Shown here in pieces: positions 27,943-41,735 of a DNA stretch of 64,000 nt. This stretch comes from the human T2T-CHM13v2.0 reference genome, Homo sapiens, in the NCBI RefSeq assembly GCF_009914755.1, contig NC_060930.1, one strand, 5' to 3'. The notes under the pieces are model-generated. The model ran no database searches. It was not told the origin of the DNA and saw only the letters and a list, made by a program, of their open reading frames with translations. Numbering within the stretch: the stretch's first letter is position 1; the number at the start of each line of letters is the position of its first letter. The position numbers and the translations under genes are program-made.

Positions 27943-28125
27943 CAGTAATTCTTAAACTTTAGTCTGCACCAGAGTCGCCAGGAGGGCTTGTTAAAATACA
28001 GGTTATTGGGCCCCACCCGCCAGAATTTCTGGCTCGGTGGGCTGGTGTAGAGCCTAACTTGCAACTCTACCAAGTTCCCCAGCGATGCTGATGTTCCTAG
28101 GTCACACTGTACACTGCACTGAGTC
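27943..28125. mobile_element. MER5A-like hAT-Charlie DNA transposon
   Basis: cagtaattcttaaactttagtctgcaccagagtcgccaggagggcttgttaaaatacagg...gggccccacc...caagttccccagcgatgctgatg. Confidence 0.8.
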
Positions 28126-28676
28126 TACACTAGAAGGTCGTCTGGGCTCGGGAATAACCTACTTGACTGTCACAGAAAAGGCTTAGATCTATTTGTTTGT
28201 TTATCTCTGAAAGTAGATAAATGGCATTTAGAGATTCATGAAAACCTCGCTTCCTACCTGTAGGTATAGGCTCATTCCCTGCTAACTCATCCATTCCATT
28301 GACTTATTCCACCCTCTGGGTGGCAGCAGCTCTAATCTCTCCCATTTCCCCAAAGAGCAGAAAAGGGCCATGTAAATGTTTAAAAAAAACAAAAACAAAA
28401 ACTGTTCCCACAGAGCTCTAGGTCTTGACCAGACAAAAACAGAAGGCCAGGCTTCCATGTCATGGCTTAGGAGGCATGAAATGAATGCTGCCTAGGGAAT
28501 ACCAAGTGATAGAACAGCACATGCTTGGTGTCATAAATTTGCCACCTACTCATTACAACTCATTCAAAATAAATTGGGATTTTTGGGGGTTGTTGCCCTG
28601 GGCGTGAACCTAATATTTTCACAGTCTGTGTTATTTAGTTCCACATGAGATGCTACCGCTTCTGAGGAGTCATGAG

Positions 28677-28695
28677 TGCTAGCAGATGGCGCACT
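28677..28695 (+). promoter_or_regulatory. Candidate CTCF site
   Basis: tgctagcagatggcgcact versus core CCASYAGRKGGCRS, one mismatch. Confidence 0.5.
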
Positions 28696-29079
28696 GAGTG
28701 TGGGGGACTGCAGACCCAGATGGAGCTCAGGTCCTTGCTATGTGGCTTTTCTGAGTTTGCATTTCCTTGTTGATTAAGTAAGAACTACTTTGACTGACAT
28801 GAGTCCTTGAGGAAAATTTTCAATTTCCTTTCCTTCCAATTCCCTATAGCTTGATCTTCATTCACCATGGGCCCTATGACCCCTTTCAAGGGTCCCATAC
28901 AGATCAGAACAGCTTGGACAATACTTAAGCATAAATTTGTCAACTTTCAGAGATTATATAAACTCTACTTTCTTTCCTATTCTAAAATGAAAATCATCAT
29001 GTTTATATTCTTCAACACACTGCTGAAAGTCTTCATAAAACACCTTCTAAATTTTCAGTCAAAATGTCTGGCTGTTTGA

Positions 29080-29650
29080 CCTATCCAATTATCCAAGTAT
29101 TTGTTGGGCCTGCTATTTTTAAGGCATTATGCTAGACTATATAGGGCAGGGGTTCTCTGACCGGTAGCATCAGCAATACCTGGAAACTGCTGGAAATGTA
29201 CATTCTTGGGACTCGGCCCAGAACTACCAAATGAGAAACTCTGGAGTTGCCTTAAGTTGCAGCTGTAAGTTGCAGCTGTATGAGTATGACAGAGCCTGGG
29301 AGTTCCCTGGAGGGACAGGGTATGTGGGGTTGCACTATTAGAAGAGGATTCATGGAGGGAATGTGTTAGATCAAGGATGAAAAGATCTTACCATACAGAG
29401 AGATGAGGAAAGGTAAACAAATTTCAGGAACAGCCTGAGACAAGCTTCGGCAGGGAAGGTAAGTGTTAATTCAGAGAAGCTCTGGGTGATGAACCAGGAG
29501 AGTCAGAAAGGTGCTCCATCATGGAGAATTTAGAACACTGCTAGAAATCTACTCCCAAGAAGTGTGAAGCCATTGTAAGTTTTTGAGGAGGAAAGTTACT
29601 CAAGCTGATCTGTGTTTTAAAAAATAACTCTAGCAGCAAGATGAAGGATT
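29080..29650 (-). mobile_element. L2 fragment with a nested MER5 piece
   Basis: tatccaagtatttgttgggcctgcta...aggcattatgctagac; later gaagccattgtaagtttttgag, tgatctgtgttttaaaaaataactctagcagca. Confidence 0.55.
29147..29248. mobile_element. MER5A-like fragment
   Basis: cagggttctc...agcatcagcaatacctggaaactgctggaaatgtacattcttgg...agaaactctgg. Confidence 0.65.
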
Positions 29651-30369
29651 TGATGTACAAGGTTTTAGAGGCAGATGATGATGTTACAGCCCCTTCTATG
29701 AGTGACTGTGAGTTCTAATTTAAGATCCCCAATATTGTTTTAAAACTGTGTCATTAATATAAGGATTGCATGTTATGATTAAATGAGAAATGTTGGCACT
29801 CTGATTGCATTCTGACATACCTCTAAACCACTGGATTAAATTAACACGTTTATTGGAATTTGGGTTTTTTTTCTTATGTTACAAAACAAAATAAATTTTG
29901 ATTGAATGGTATTTCTCTTCCTAAACTTTAAGCAAAAGTATGCTTTCAAGTTAGTGGTCTTATGCTTATGAGTCAGCCTAACATCCTCTTTTCTGGTAGA
30001 ATGACCCAGCCTTCCTGTTTATCATCCCATCTGGCTTGTTGGTCAGCTCCTTCCACTCTTCATGAGGTAGGTCTGGTTTGGAGCTTCCCTAGTGTTTGCA
30101 GCCCACATGCATCTCCAGGCAGCCCATTCCACACACCACAGGCAGATCGCCCAAGTCCCTGCCTCTGCTTTGCTAAATACCAACCCATCCCAACCCCCAA
30201 AAGTCATTCTTCAGGTGAGAAAGAGCTATGTGGCCTGAAGGATTTGTCATTTCAGTGGGACTTGAAGGATGAGTAGGACTCAGGAGGCAGAGGGGGTGGA
30301 ACACAGGTATCTGAAAAATGTTGGCAATTACATTTGGAAGTTTTTAACTTACTTCCTGTGAGTGGAAAT

Positions 30370-30490
30370 GCTCAGTGTTCAGCCTGTTTTTAAATCTCAG
30401 CCCAAGTACTTATTGTGTGATCTTTGGTTTCTCATGTTCCCTCAGTTCACTCATCGAAATGGGGATAATGATGTCTACTCCTTGGGGAGA
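30370..30490 (+). mobile_element. MIR
   Basis: cctcagttcactcatcgaaatggggataatgatgtctact. Confidence 0.6.
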
Positions 30491-31539
30491 GATAAGACTA
30501 AGATGGTTAGCCCAGGAACTACTATTATCATTTCTGAATTGCTACAAGCAAACTGAAGCCCATTAGCTTAAAAAGAAGTATCAATCTTACCATTAAGTTA
30601 ATTAATAATGGTGAAGATACTCATGAGTTTCTTTTATAATTCAGTGATACATATTTTATTCCACGTATTTAAAAGTAAGGGGTGTAGTTTGTTTAGTAGA
30701 TGATAAAAACTTCAACTCTAGCTATGGAGTTGGAGTGCAAGAATTCTTCTTAAATAGCACTATCAACTCATTTTAATTTCTGTGTTTCAAATGAAAGGAA
30801 TATATCAAGTTACACAGAAAGTAGATTTTATGATTTATTCTTATAAAATGAATGAGAGTCATAATTTTGTTCCAACAATACAATGTTTAAATTCCTTTCA
30901 AGTTAAATTTTCCTCTAGAGTCAGAAGACTTTAACCAACACTTCTGACGCAGTAATAACTATTCCACTTCACACTGAAGAAGCTACAGTATCTAACTTTG
31001 AGATATACTCAGAAAGAGAAGGAAGTCACTTAAGTTCACATATCCCATGAGTGGGATCTCAAGCAAGCATTAAAACTGAGTCTGTGTTTCCTTAGGATAA
31101 AGTTGAGGCTGACTGGACCAAACAGACCCACAAGGATCAAACAGGGGCTTCAAGGAAACTCAAAGTAGACAAGGAAAAAGAGCAGAAAATTTGGTAGGAA
31201 GTCAAAGCCTATTGAAGTGACCAACATGGGATTGTAGAACTATTTGTTGATATGTAAGAATATGAATATTAACACTAATTAATAAATTCCATCATAGCAT
31301 ATGCACAATGGCTCACATAATTTCTGACACATGATAAAATAGGCAGATGAGAACTACAGAGAAGAGGTCATTGTGAAATTGAAAATGAGAAACATGTAAT
31401 TACAAATCAATCTAATGTATAAAACCACAAATCAATCCATAATAAATTATAGCAGATGTATCAAAGTCAGCTTAAAGATCTAGAGTGATTCCCAGGCCCT
31501 CGACACTAGACAACAACCTGATCTGAACTCATACTAGAC

Positions 31540-32700
31540 CTTCAAAATGCTCTGTGAGAAGCAGGGGTGACCTTTCATGGAATCAGAGAAAAAGGAATTC
31601 ACATTTAGGACAACACTGAAAAGACAAGACTGGTGTTGGAGACAATAGAATCTGAATGGCATGAATACACTGGGTTGTTTGCTATTCACCAGAATCATCA
31701 GTTGTGAGAGGTAGGAACAGAGAAGCTCTACAGCTACATTGATTGGGGTTTAGCTGGGCAAGTAAAATGAGAAGACAGGCAGGCAAGAACATTGAAAGAG
31801 AATGACTGAAGTGCTTGAGGTACCCCTACCATGGGTATCATGGGATCTAACCCCATTAGAAAGAAGAAGGAGTTTGATGAACAGAAAGACAGAGGACTAG
31901 TGGAGGGACTGAACTTCTTGACAGGGTGGATGAATGCAATCTGTGGACCTCATAGACTGAGAAAGCTAAGAATGCAGGACACTGATCAGAGAATGGCCTT
32001 GGTGAGGGCAGGGCCATAAGAATGAAGAGCTGAAGCAGGGAAGGGTAAAGGTTACTGGAGCCGAGAAGATCATAAATTCAAGCAGCCAGGGTGTTGCATG
32101 GGTGATCCATGTGAACAGAAAAGTAGACCAGGATGGTGATGAGGTGTGGGGAGGAGAATAAGGCTACAGGCTTGTTGCTTCCAAAGCATGAGGAGGAGAT
32201 CTAGGAATCTGGTAAGGGAGTGAGACATGGAGAGATGGTGGTTTAGTGAGCTATCCCAAGCCTCAAAAGAGCAAGGATTTTTGCTTCCGTGAGGAGGACT
32301 TGTGGCCTGGAAGTACCTTGGAAGACGAAAAGTGTGCTGAGCTAAGTTACTGGAGCTGAGGAATTGGGCCACCTCCACATGGGGGAAACAATGTCCTCAG
32401 AGTGAGAGAACCATCAGCTAAAGCAAGAATGTGGAAGGAATGTTCAGTGAGGCAGCTGAGAGCATAGGAGACTTATAGATACAGGATAAGAAAGGGTATA
32501 GAAGAAAACTGTTCTGAGTGAGGGAGTGAAAAGTTGGGCAACAGGAGAAAAAGCAAAGAAGTGTTTGCAAAGAAAGGATGGAAGAGGACAGAGAAAGAGG
32601 AGCGGTTGTTTTGGACTGTCACCAGAGTGGGAGGGACAGGAGGCATTGGTTTCATGGGGAAGTGAATGAAATTGAATGGAGAATGAATGCTGTCCGGGAG
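31540..32700 (-). mobile_element. Purine-rich, highly diverged LINE (probably L2) relic
   Basis: Long G/A-skewed stretch typical of antisense L2; no diagnostic end seen. Confidence 0.35.
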
Positions 32701-32718
32701 CAATGGATAAAGCTCCTA

Positions 32719-33033
<315 letters not shown>

Positions 33034-35069
33034 GGCTCCTATGAAAGGAATTATTTATGACCTGTATTGATGGTACTGTGTAGGGAATTGGGGAGGTGGT
33101 GTTAGATTTATCTGAGGAGAAGAGACATAAAGGGGAGAAAAGAAAGTTGGATTGGGGCAAGATACGTACCTTATATATGGTCAGACCTCAAATAACCTTT
33201 AGCCCAAAGGCATGTTGAGTTCCATTGTAAGAGAAAGTTTAGCTCCCCTCTTCCCTCCTGAGGTTCACTCAGCTCAGAACATTTCCTCACGTGAGTATTA
33301 TAAGCAACTTGCATGCGAAAGAAAATACATCAAAGAGCCATGCAAGAAGCAAAGAAAAGTAGGAAGCTCAGAAGGTGTCCATAATGCTGTAAATATTTTA
33401 AAGGTCAGCTGCCAGGGTATTCGTGTTTTGAATCTAGGGGAAAAACACAGTGTGTTGTCACAGTGCCCCATGAAAGTGCAAAGCAGCACGTCTTCCTAGA
33501 TTCTGTTTTAGCGTGCCTTCAAAAAGGTAGTAGTTCTTGCATCTGCTGCGGTTCCTGTCGCCTCTCTGCTTAAAACAATATCTTGCAAACAGCAGAGTTT
33601 CTGAGAAAAGATAAGAGGATTTGGGATTCTCCAAATGCAGCCTGTACAGACTCGGGTCTTATCTGTTCAGATTCTCCTTGGCTTCATTAACTATTACATG
33701 CTAACCTTTCCTATTTAACAAGAGGAGACTCTAATTTCCACAGCTTGATGAGAAAGATGTGGAGGTCTATCAAGGCCATGCCTTTCACATTTCTGTCTTC
33801 TTCAAGGTACCAAAAAAAAAAAAAAAAAAGCTCATTAAACATTTCTAAGCACTGTTCTGACTATATTTGCCCTTCTCTTAACCTGAAGCTGGTTGGCTGA
33901 ATTTGATGTTCTTCGTATCTGCAGTGCCTGTGTCTGCAGTGCTTATGTGAAATGTTGGAAATAGCCCTTGTAGCAGCTCTGGCCACACAGGGCTGGTAAA
34001 GTCTTCCAAGGGACAGTTTGTCTTTGGGGGTGTCAGGGAGTTCCTGAGCTGTGGCTCAGTCAATTGTCCTTCACTTATTTTAGTCATGCATATTTTCCTT
34101 TGAATAGTGAATTGTTAAGACAGTCCTAGCCTGGTCATGGAACAGTGTAATTCTTGAGACCAAATGGGGCAAAATCATCTTAGAGTTAGATCTTTTGAGT
34201 GGAAGTATTTCTTTACTTTCCAATATTCTGGTTATAATTTTAATTCTTGCAAATTAAGTCTTAAAACCTAGGGCTCACCTAAACAAGAGAGCATGTTAAT
34301 AATTTGTTGCCTCTTCAAACTAATGTTTTAAAAGTATTTTCCCAGTGTGCATTAAGGAGAGAGGTTATGTGCTGTAGGGTGTGGCAGAAAAGAAGAGCTG
34401 CTCTTGGCTGTGCTGAACTGTTCTGAGCAATTTAGTCGGGATCTCAAATGTGCCTAACACTCTGCAAAATATGCCTGCCCTTTCCTGACCAACCATCCTC
34501 AGAATCAGGTAGGACATTCCTCACAGTCACCTGAGCCCGAGTCTGGAAAGTCTCTTCTCTTGTTTGTAGGGTCTTATCAAACTAATTCTTCCAACCACTT
34601 TTCCCTAGAGGAATTCTGGTAAATATGATTTCTTATACTTGTTATATTCCCATTGATGTCTTTGTAATCAGTGACGTTTAGTTCCCCTCACAGATTGATG
34701 CCAAAGGCTGTCTAACCTTTGATTCAGCTCTGTCAATCACTAAGGTCCCAAAATATATATAAATGGCCAATTTTGATACCGTGTCAGGGATTAAAAACAC
34801 AAGGCAATATTTTTACATGTAACACAGGTACAGCCAAGATTGGAAACAAAACTAATAGAGATCCTGATAAATTCAGAATGTTCTTATTCATTTAATTTGT
34901 TAATGCTTAATTCTAACTTGAGGGATTCTGATAAATTTACCACTTAACTGAGAGGAATGTTTTTGAAATCAAGTATTTTGATCTAAGGAAAACACTGGGT
35001 AAATTTTCTGTCAAATTGTGAGATGAGATGGCTAAGGCTAAGTATATGCAAGAAGATAATGCTTGGGTA

Positions 35070-35220
35070 TTTTTTTTAACTTTTTATTTTGGAAAATTTC
35101 AAGCCCATACAAAAATAGACAGGACAGTAGAAAGGACCCCTATGGACCTGTCATTTAATTTCAACCATTCTCTTCACATGACTTGTTTTGTTTCAGCAGC
35201 GCTGTCACCTCCCTCCACTC
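35070..35220 (-). mobile_element. Old L1M 3' terminal fragment
   Basis: ttaactttttattttggaaaatttcaagcccatacaaaaatagacag...tttcaaccatt. Confidence 0.55.
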
Positions 35221-37045
35221 TTATCAAGATTCAGAAACATCTAGAAAGGCCAGGAAGATATATTGATACTAACAAGATGATATGCTATCAGCATAAATAG
35301 AAAAGTCTCCTTTTCAACATTTTTAAATGTATGTCTTTTACGTTAAATTCAGTTGATTTTAAGGACAGAGAACTGGCTTTAAAAGAATTTGTGAGGGAAA
35401 GACCTTGAGCGAATGAGCTCAATATAAACCAGTTCTGGAAGAGAACTGATAAACAAGTGGACCATATCTAAGACAGCATGAAAAGTGGGTTTCAGATAAA
35501 GGGAGGCACCATGAACTCCTGCCTCATGAACCCCTATCTGAGATAAAATCTTTAACCCTGGACACCACACGATAAGAAAAATGATGTCTAAGCAGACTAC
35601 TCTGTGAGAGAGAGAGAGAGACAGAAAAGGCGAGGATCCTAAAAATCACCTCACTCACCCAAGGAGCAGATGAAGAAGTTCAGCATGTCTCACTAGGATT
35701 AAAAATAATTAAAAACTTGCAGGACAAGAAAATTGCCTTCAATAACCTGAATGTGTGTTCATGGAAAAGAGACTCAGTTTGCCAAATTAAAAATATGATT
35801 TTTTTTTGGAGACTCTTTGCAGGCTTCTACTGGTGTAATTTGGTGATAAACCTTAGACTCTCTCCAGTGTCCTTTATTTTAGTAAATGCTACATATGAGG
35901 CATACTACAAGCCATCTCCCAAACGCTTCCTGTTTTCAACGGATAAACAGATGAAATCTAGATTCAAAAATTACAGCCGATGGTGTAGATATGAAAAAAT
36001 TTAAACACTCCTAGTAACTGATGTCATATGATTTTGCTAATGTAGGAAGAGAATTATCCTTAATGAAAAAGAAAAGAACTAGATCCTGGGCACATTGTTC
36101 CACAACTTGAACTTTCCAGAAGAGAGGGGTAGGTTGTCAAGAGAAGGAGAAGACAAGCGTCGCTTATAACAACGGTATTATTTCCAGAGCCAGGCATCAA
36201 GTATGGTGGATGTATGTGCTTCATAAATGCCAGCTGAACTGACAAGACACTACCTCAGGGACTTGTCTCAGGAACAAACACTGGGAAGATTCCTAAAACC
36301 CAATACTGTTTTACTCCCACCTTCTCCAGTGTCTGGAAGTTTGACCTTGGAACCCATTCCATTACCTTTTGAATGTTGCTCATGATTAAAATGCAAACAA
36401 TTCTAGGACAGTTCATCCCCAGGCACGAAGTGGTCACATGGTATATACAAAAGATGGGTTCAGTGTCTATCAGATTTGGGTTTAATTTCCAGCTCTGCTA
36501 TTTTGTAGTTGTGTATGTAACTTGGACAAATGTCTTCATCTCTCTGCATCTCTTTCATGTGTGTTGAATGTAGGATTTTTATAAGCTCGAACAATAGGAA
36601 GTATTGAAGTATCACACATACAGAAGTAATGGTAGCTATCACTGGTGTTATTTCTTATCTGAACATTTTGAGAAAGGTGGAAAGGAAAGAATCTGAGGAA
36701 AGCAGATCCCAGGGAGCGGGCCAGGAAGGCGTGCCATCTAGGAGGGGAGGGAGAAGAAGCTACTTCAACTTGGTGCTTGGACCAACAATAGTCTTTTTGG
36801 AGCTCCTAGCTCTGTGACAGCTCATCTTCCCCATCCCTTGCCCCTTCCTTGTCACCCGTCATTTTCCCTGTATCATCATAGGCCCCTCCCCCACCCCATC
36901 CCACCCCTGTCAAACATCTTCCCTTTGATCACCACCTCTCCATAGAAACCATTTAGCTATAACTATGCTCATGGCAGATCTTTCATGCTGAAATTCTGAA
37001 TAGCCCTCTAAATGAGTAGTGATTCTTTAACTAATGATGGTTTCA

Positions 37046-37423
<378 letters not shown>

Positions 37424-37456
37424 TCAAGAAAAAACAGAACACATTTAACCATTTAA

Positions 37457-37800
<344 letters not shown>

Positions 37801-38269
37801 TAAAACAGAGAGCACAAAAGGTGATTTCTAGACCTTAAGAGGAGGTGCACCAACCTAATATTTGGTGAAAGAATAGATGTGTAATAGCGATATGAAATCA
37901 GATTCTTTAGCACAACGTAATGATTTTCAAGTAGTTGATGCATTAACTTCAGAAACTATAACTATTCCTTAGCTTTTGAAAATAAGAGAAAAATTATAAA
38001 GCCTAATTTATTAAAATATGAAAATCAAAAGAGATTCCACACTGAAATTCTATATATGGACTTATGAAAAGAACATAGTCTGGCCAACTGTTCTTTACAA
38101 AAAAAAATGCTAAAAATTCTACATACGTCCAGATCTGCCCTAACAACATCCTTTCCTCCTGCGCCCACTCTACCTCCTCATTCTCCAACCTTTGAGAGAT
38201 CCATTTGCTCAGCCCTGCAGCTACTAGGCTTAGGGTACAAAAATATCAAGGCCAGGGCAAGGTCAGGGG

Positions 38270-38480
38270 TCAAGCTAACTTCACCACTGACCAGGTTGGG
38301 CACATTGTTCAGTCCCCTGGTGTGCTTGTTATATGCGCTTGTGAACATTTGGTTAAAGTGATTTTCTTCTTTATAAAATGGGATTTTAATCAGATTCTCT
38401 CTCACTGTGGTGAAGAGGTTATAATGAGATTAAATGTGGAGAAGAACCTGCCCCGGCGCCTGGTGCACGGATTGCTGCTT
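38270..38480 (+). mobile_element. MIR
   Basis: ttttcttctttataaaatgggattttaat...gttataatgagattaaatg...gcctggtgcac. Confidence 0.55.
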
Positions 38481-38499
38481 CTCGACATGCCAGGCATAG

Positions 38500-38945
38500 G
38501 CCTGCCACGGGCTCTTTGCTTCACTGATCCTTCTGCCTGAAGTGCTTCTGCCCAAGATATTTCCAAAGCTTGCTCTGTTACCTCCTCCAAATCTTGACTT
38601 CAGTTTCCCTTTCTCTGTGAGGCCTTCGCTTGCCACCTTATCTAAAATTACAACATTCTCTCTATCCAAGAGCCTTTCCCCGCTACCTATTTATTTTTCT
38701 CCTTAATTCTTGTCATCCTACAACAAATGGTATATTAATTTATTGTATTTCCCTACTAGAACATAAGTCCTTCAAGAGCAGGGAGTTTTGTCCATTCTTG
38801 CCCGTTTGATCTCTTCCATTATGCCTAGTGTGGGTACCATATAAGCACTCAATAATATTAAGTTGATGCAAAAGTAATCATGGTTTTTGCCATTAAAAGT
38901 AACCATGATTACTTTTGCACCAACCTAATATTTGGTGAAAGAATA
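38500..38945 (+). mobile_element. L2 3' end interrupted by MADE1
   Basis: ttctctgtgaggccttc...actagaacataagtccttcaagagcaggga...gcactcaataa[MADE1]tatttggtgaaagaat. Confidence 0.75.
38858..38928. mobile_element. MADE1 (Hsmar1-derived mariner MITE), palindromic
   Basis: ttaagttgatgcaaaagtaatcatggtttttgccattaaaagtaaccatgattacttttgcaccaacctaa flanked by a TA duplication. Confidence 0.93.
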
Positions 38946-39808
38946 CATGCAAGGATACATGTAAGCTACTTGTACTAGCAATGCCCTTTCTTACTCAATT
39001 TCAGAAACTCAGACATTGTTACCCTTTTCCAATCCTATTTGTCTAATAGTTATTAACACACTTCCTACCCCTATGCTGAGTAATGAGCTTCTATTAGTGA
39101 ATTGTGTTCATGTAATATTTAGCAGGACTCAGTTTTCCCATGGACTCTCACCACCCCCTGGGATATGAACCTCTATCCTTGATGATGTTTGCACTAGGAA
39201 GAAGTAAATTCTCCTTCTTGTCCATATGTACACATAACAGAGTATGAGCAGGCATAATTGTCCATGTGTGCACCTCAGGCAACTGAGCCAAAGGTGCATT
39301 ACTATAGCTTCTAGGACTATATGTGTAGATAGGGCAGTAGATTGGGATGCCAATTTATTGAGTTGAAGTAAAAACACATGCCTTGGATTCAACTGAGCTT
39401 TTGTGCATGGACAGTCGGAGTGTGAACAATGTGATGGGATGACATTGTCGGGAGTGGCAGCTGTAACAGCATCAACTGGTCACAGCCCTAAAACACAGTG
39501 AGTCGTTGAGTCTGTTGTCATATTTCTTATAAATTGTAACAACTTTTGAGACTTTTGCCAGAGCTGGGGTCAGTAATGAATGCATTTTCTGATACACCAA
39601 AACACCCACTCCCATGAACGCAGTTCATTCCTTAAAGCATATCCTGGCACAAAGGAACAAGACAGTGTTCATGTAGTGGACACTTATTGTTATTTAGGTG
39701 AAAAACCTGGAAAGGCAGGAAGAAAATATTTACTCCGAGGAATATTGGTTAGTCATTAAAAAAATGTCTGAAGTACAGACAATTTGGAAAATTTACTGGT
39801 AGCTCTCC

Positions 39809-39827
39809 TCTCCACGAGATGGCACTC
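39809..39827 (+). promoter_or_regulatory. Candidate CTCF site
   Basis: tctccacgagatggcactc matches CCACNAGATGGCA. Confidence 0.55.
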
Positions 39828-39883
39828 ATTGTCTTCCTTCCCTTTTATTTAAAGTTTCAATGCATTCATATTTAAGAGTTTGA

Positions 39884-39980
39884 ATATACCTATATGCACA
39901 TACATATGCACATGTATGCATAGTATAGCTATGTAAATGTGTATACACACATACACATGCATATACATGTGTGTGTATAT
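39884..39980. repeat. Degenerate alternating purine-pyrimidine (TA/CA/TG) tract
   Basis: tatatgcacatacatatgcacatgtatgcat...tatacacacatacacatgcatatacatgtgtgtgtatat. Confidence 0.75.
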
Positions 39981-40999
39981 CTTAGGCTTTATAATTTACC
40001 TAGATCATTCATATTCTTTTAACCATTCAGTTGCATTTTTGACAAAACTGTCATTTACTTGGAGCCCTTGGGGACATTCAGACAGACAGTATGTAGGTTG
40101 CTGTGTTGGTAGGTGTAGGGGGAGAGTCGCCATCTTCATCTTCTTCACTCCCACCCCTTGTTCTGCTTTGCCAAAAGACAAAAATACAAAGTTGCCTTGG
40201 AGCCTGGGCATCTACCCACAATAGGCAAGAATAAAGCCAGTAACCACATAAACAGAGAATAAACAAGAATGTAATGGGATGAGCTATTTATAGAAAGGCT
40301 ACCCATCTAGGTTGTTAAGGGACTGAGCAGCCTACTTATTTGAAAAGCTGGTAACATTTTTAAAAAAACATTGAGGTTCACTCCCCTCAGGAGGAATCTT
40401 GCTCCTGTTAGCATCCAAGGCCTGAGAACAACTGTTTTCTTTTGTTAGTAAGGGCTAATTTTAATTAAAACAAGATCTCCTTTTCTTGAGGTTCTCCCAC
40501 CATGCATTCCAGTCTTGTGTTCTGGTTAGAATGCTTCATCAATAGCCGACTTCAGTGTGGATTTGGAGGTCTGAGACACAATTACAGTAACTGGAGAATC
40601 AATTAGGGCTTTGGATCATTATGCAGCAATTCTATTTTTATTACGTTAGCACTAAAGTGGGGGAAAGATCAGGAACTCAGACTCTATAGAAAGGCAGATC
40701 AACTAATCTATAGGGGAAATGCAAGTTTCTCAGCAACAACAACATCAACACACATTAGCAGGCTGGAAATTCAACTCAAATTGACCGTGTGGGCATTCAA
40801 ACCAAGCGGGCACTTGGAAGACGGAGATGATAAAGGTCCTTAGAGGACTTACTCATTCAACATGCGTTAGACAATAGCAGCCAGTCCCTCCCGCCTTTGC
40901 AGGGGTGCCTTCCTCTTGAGGCCTCTTCCTCTCCAGAAGGAAGCGTTGCACTCCCTACTTGCATGTATTAGTTTCCCTCTATGTAAATCCCCGTAGCTC

Positions 41000-41220
41000 A
41001 TATTTATAAAGCACTTTGTTGGTTTCACACAGGTGACATCTAAGAATCATCTTTGTTCTTCTCAGCCACAATGGGGAGGAGGTTGACATGTTCATCCTAA
41101 TTTTACAGATAAGTTCTGAATAGGGGTTCATGATTTGTCCAAGGTCACAAACTATGTAGAATCAATGCCTAAAATAGAGAACTGGTCCCCAGACCTGTAG
41201 CCCACACTCCCTTTTACCTG
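41000..41220 (-). mobile_element. MIR
   Basis: catcctaattttacagataag...gatttgtccaaggtcaca. Confidence 0.65.
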
Positions 41221-41695
41221 ATCACATAAAAAGCCTAAGATTGATATATCATAGGAAATAAACCTTTGTTTTCTTCTCTAGCATATGCAGGAGTATCGTA
41301 AGCCAAAGTTCCCAGTGGATATTTTACATGTGACACTTTCTACCCCTAAACATTGTTTGCTATAGCCTTCTTGAGGATGGAGTCATGACCTCAGAGAAAG
41401 GGCACAGTATATTTCATTTCTCCTAGTCCCCAGACTGGATTTTCATCACGGCTGGTGCCAGGTTCTTTTTTAGTACTGCACCGGGCGTATGAGAAAGAGC
41501 TTATTTTCATGACTAGCAAGGGCATCATTCAAAAGACAATTTGAACGTGGCCTTTTATGTATTTTTTTGCAAAGCTGTTATTTGGATAACCTTCAGGGAA
41601 ATCCTTAAAACACTGAAAATGAAAACCATTAACAATGTGTTAGACACACATATACAGAAGAGCTGATAATGTTGAGTGCATGTGTATATTCTGTA

Positions 41696-41698
<3 letters not shown>

Positions 41699-41734
<36 letters not shown>
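41699..41734. repeat. (GT)18 microsatellite
   Basis: Pure GT run. Confidence 0.97.

Positions 41735-41735
<1 letters not shown>

Noticed and set aside
29455-29466. Strong donors AAG|GTAAGT and CAG|GTAAGT (near 59818)
   Set aside because: Inside L2 relics with no suitable upstream acceptor.
40284-40293. Perfect MEF2 site CTATTTATAG
   Set aside because: A single AT-rich 10-mer without supporting context.
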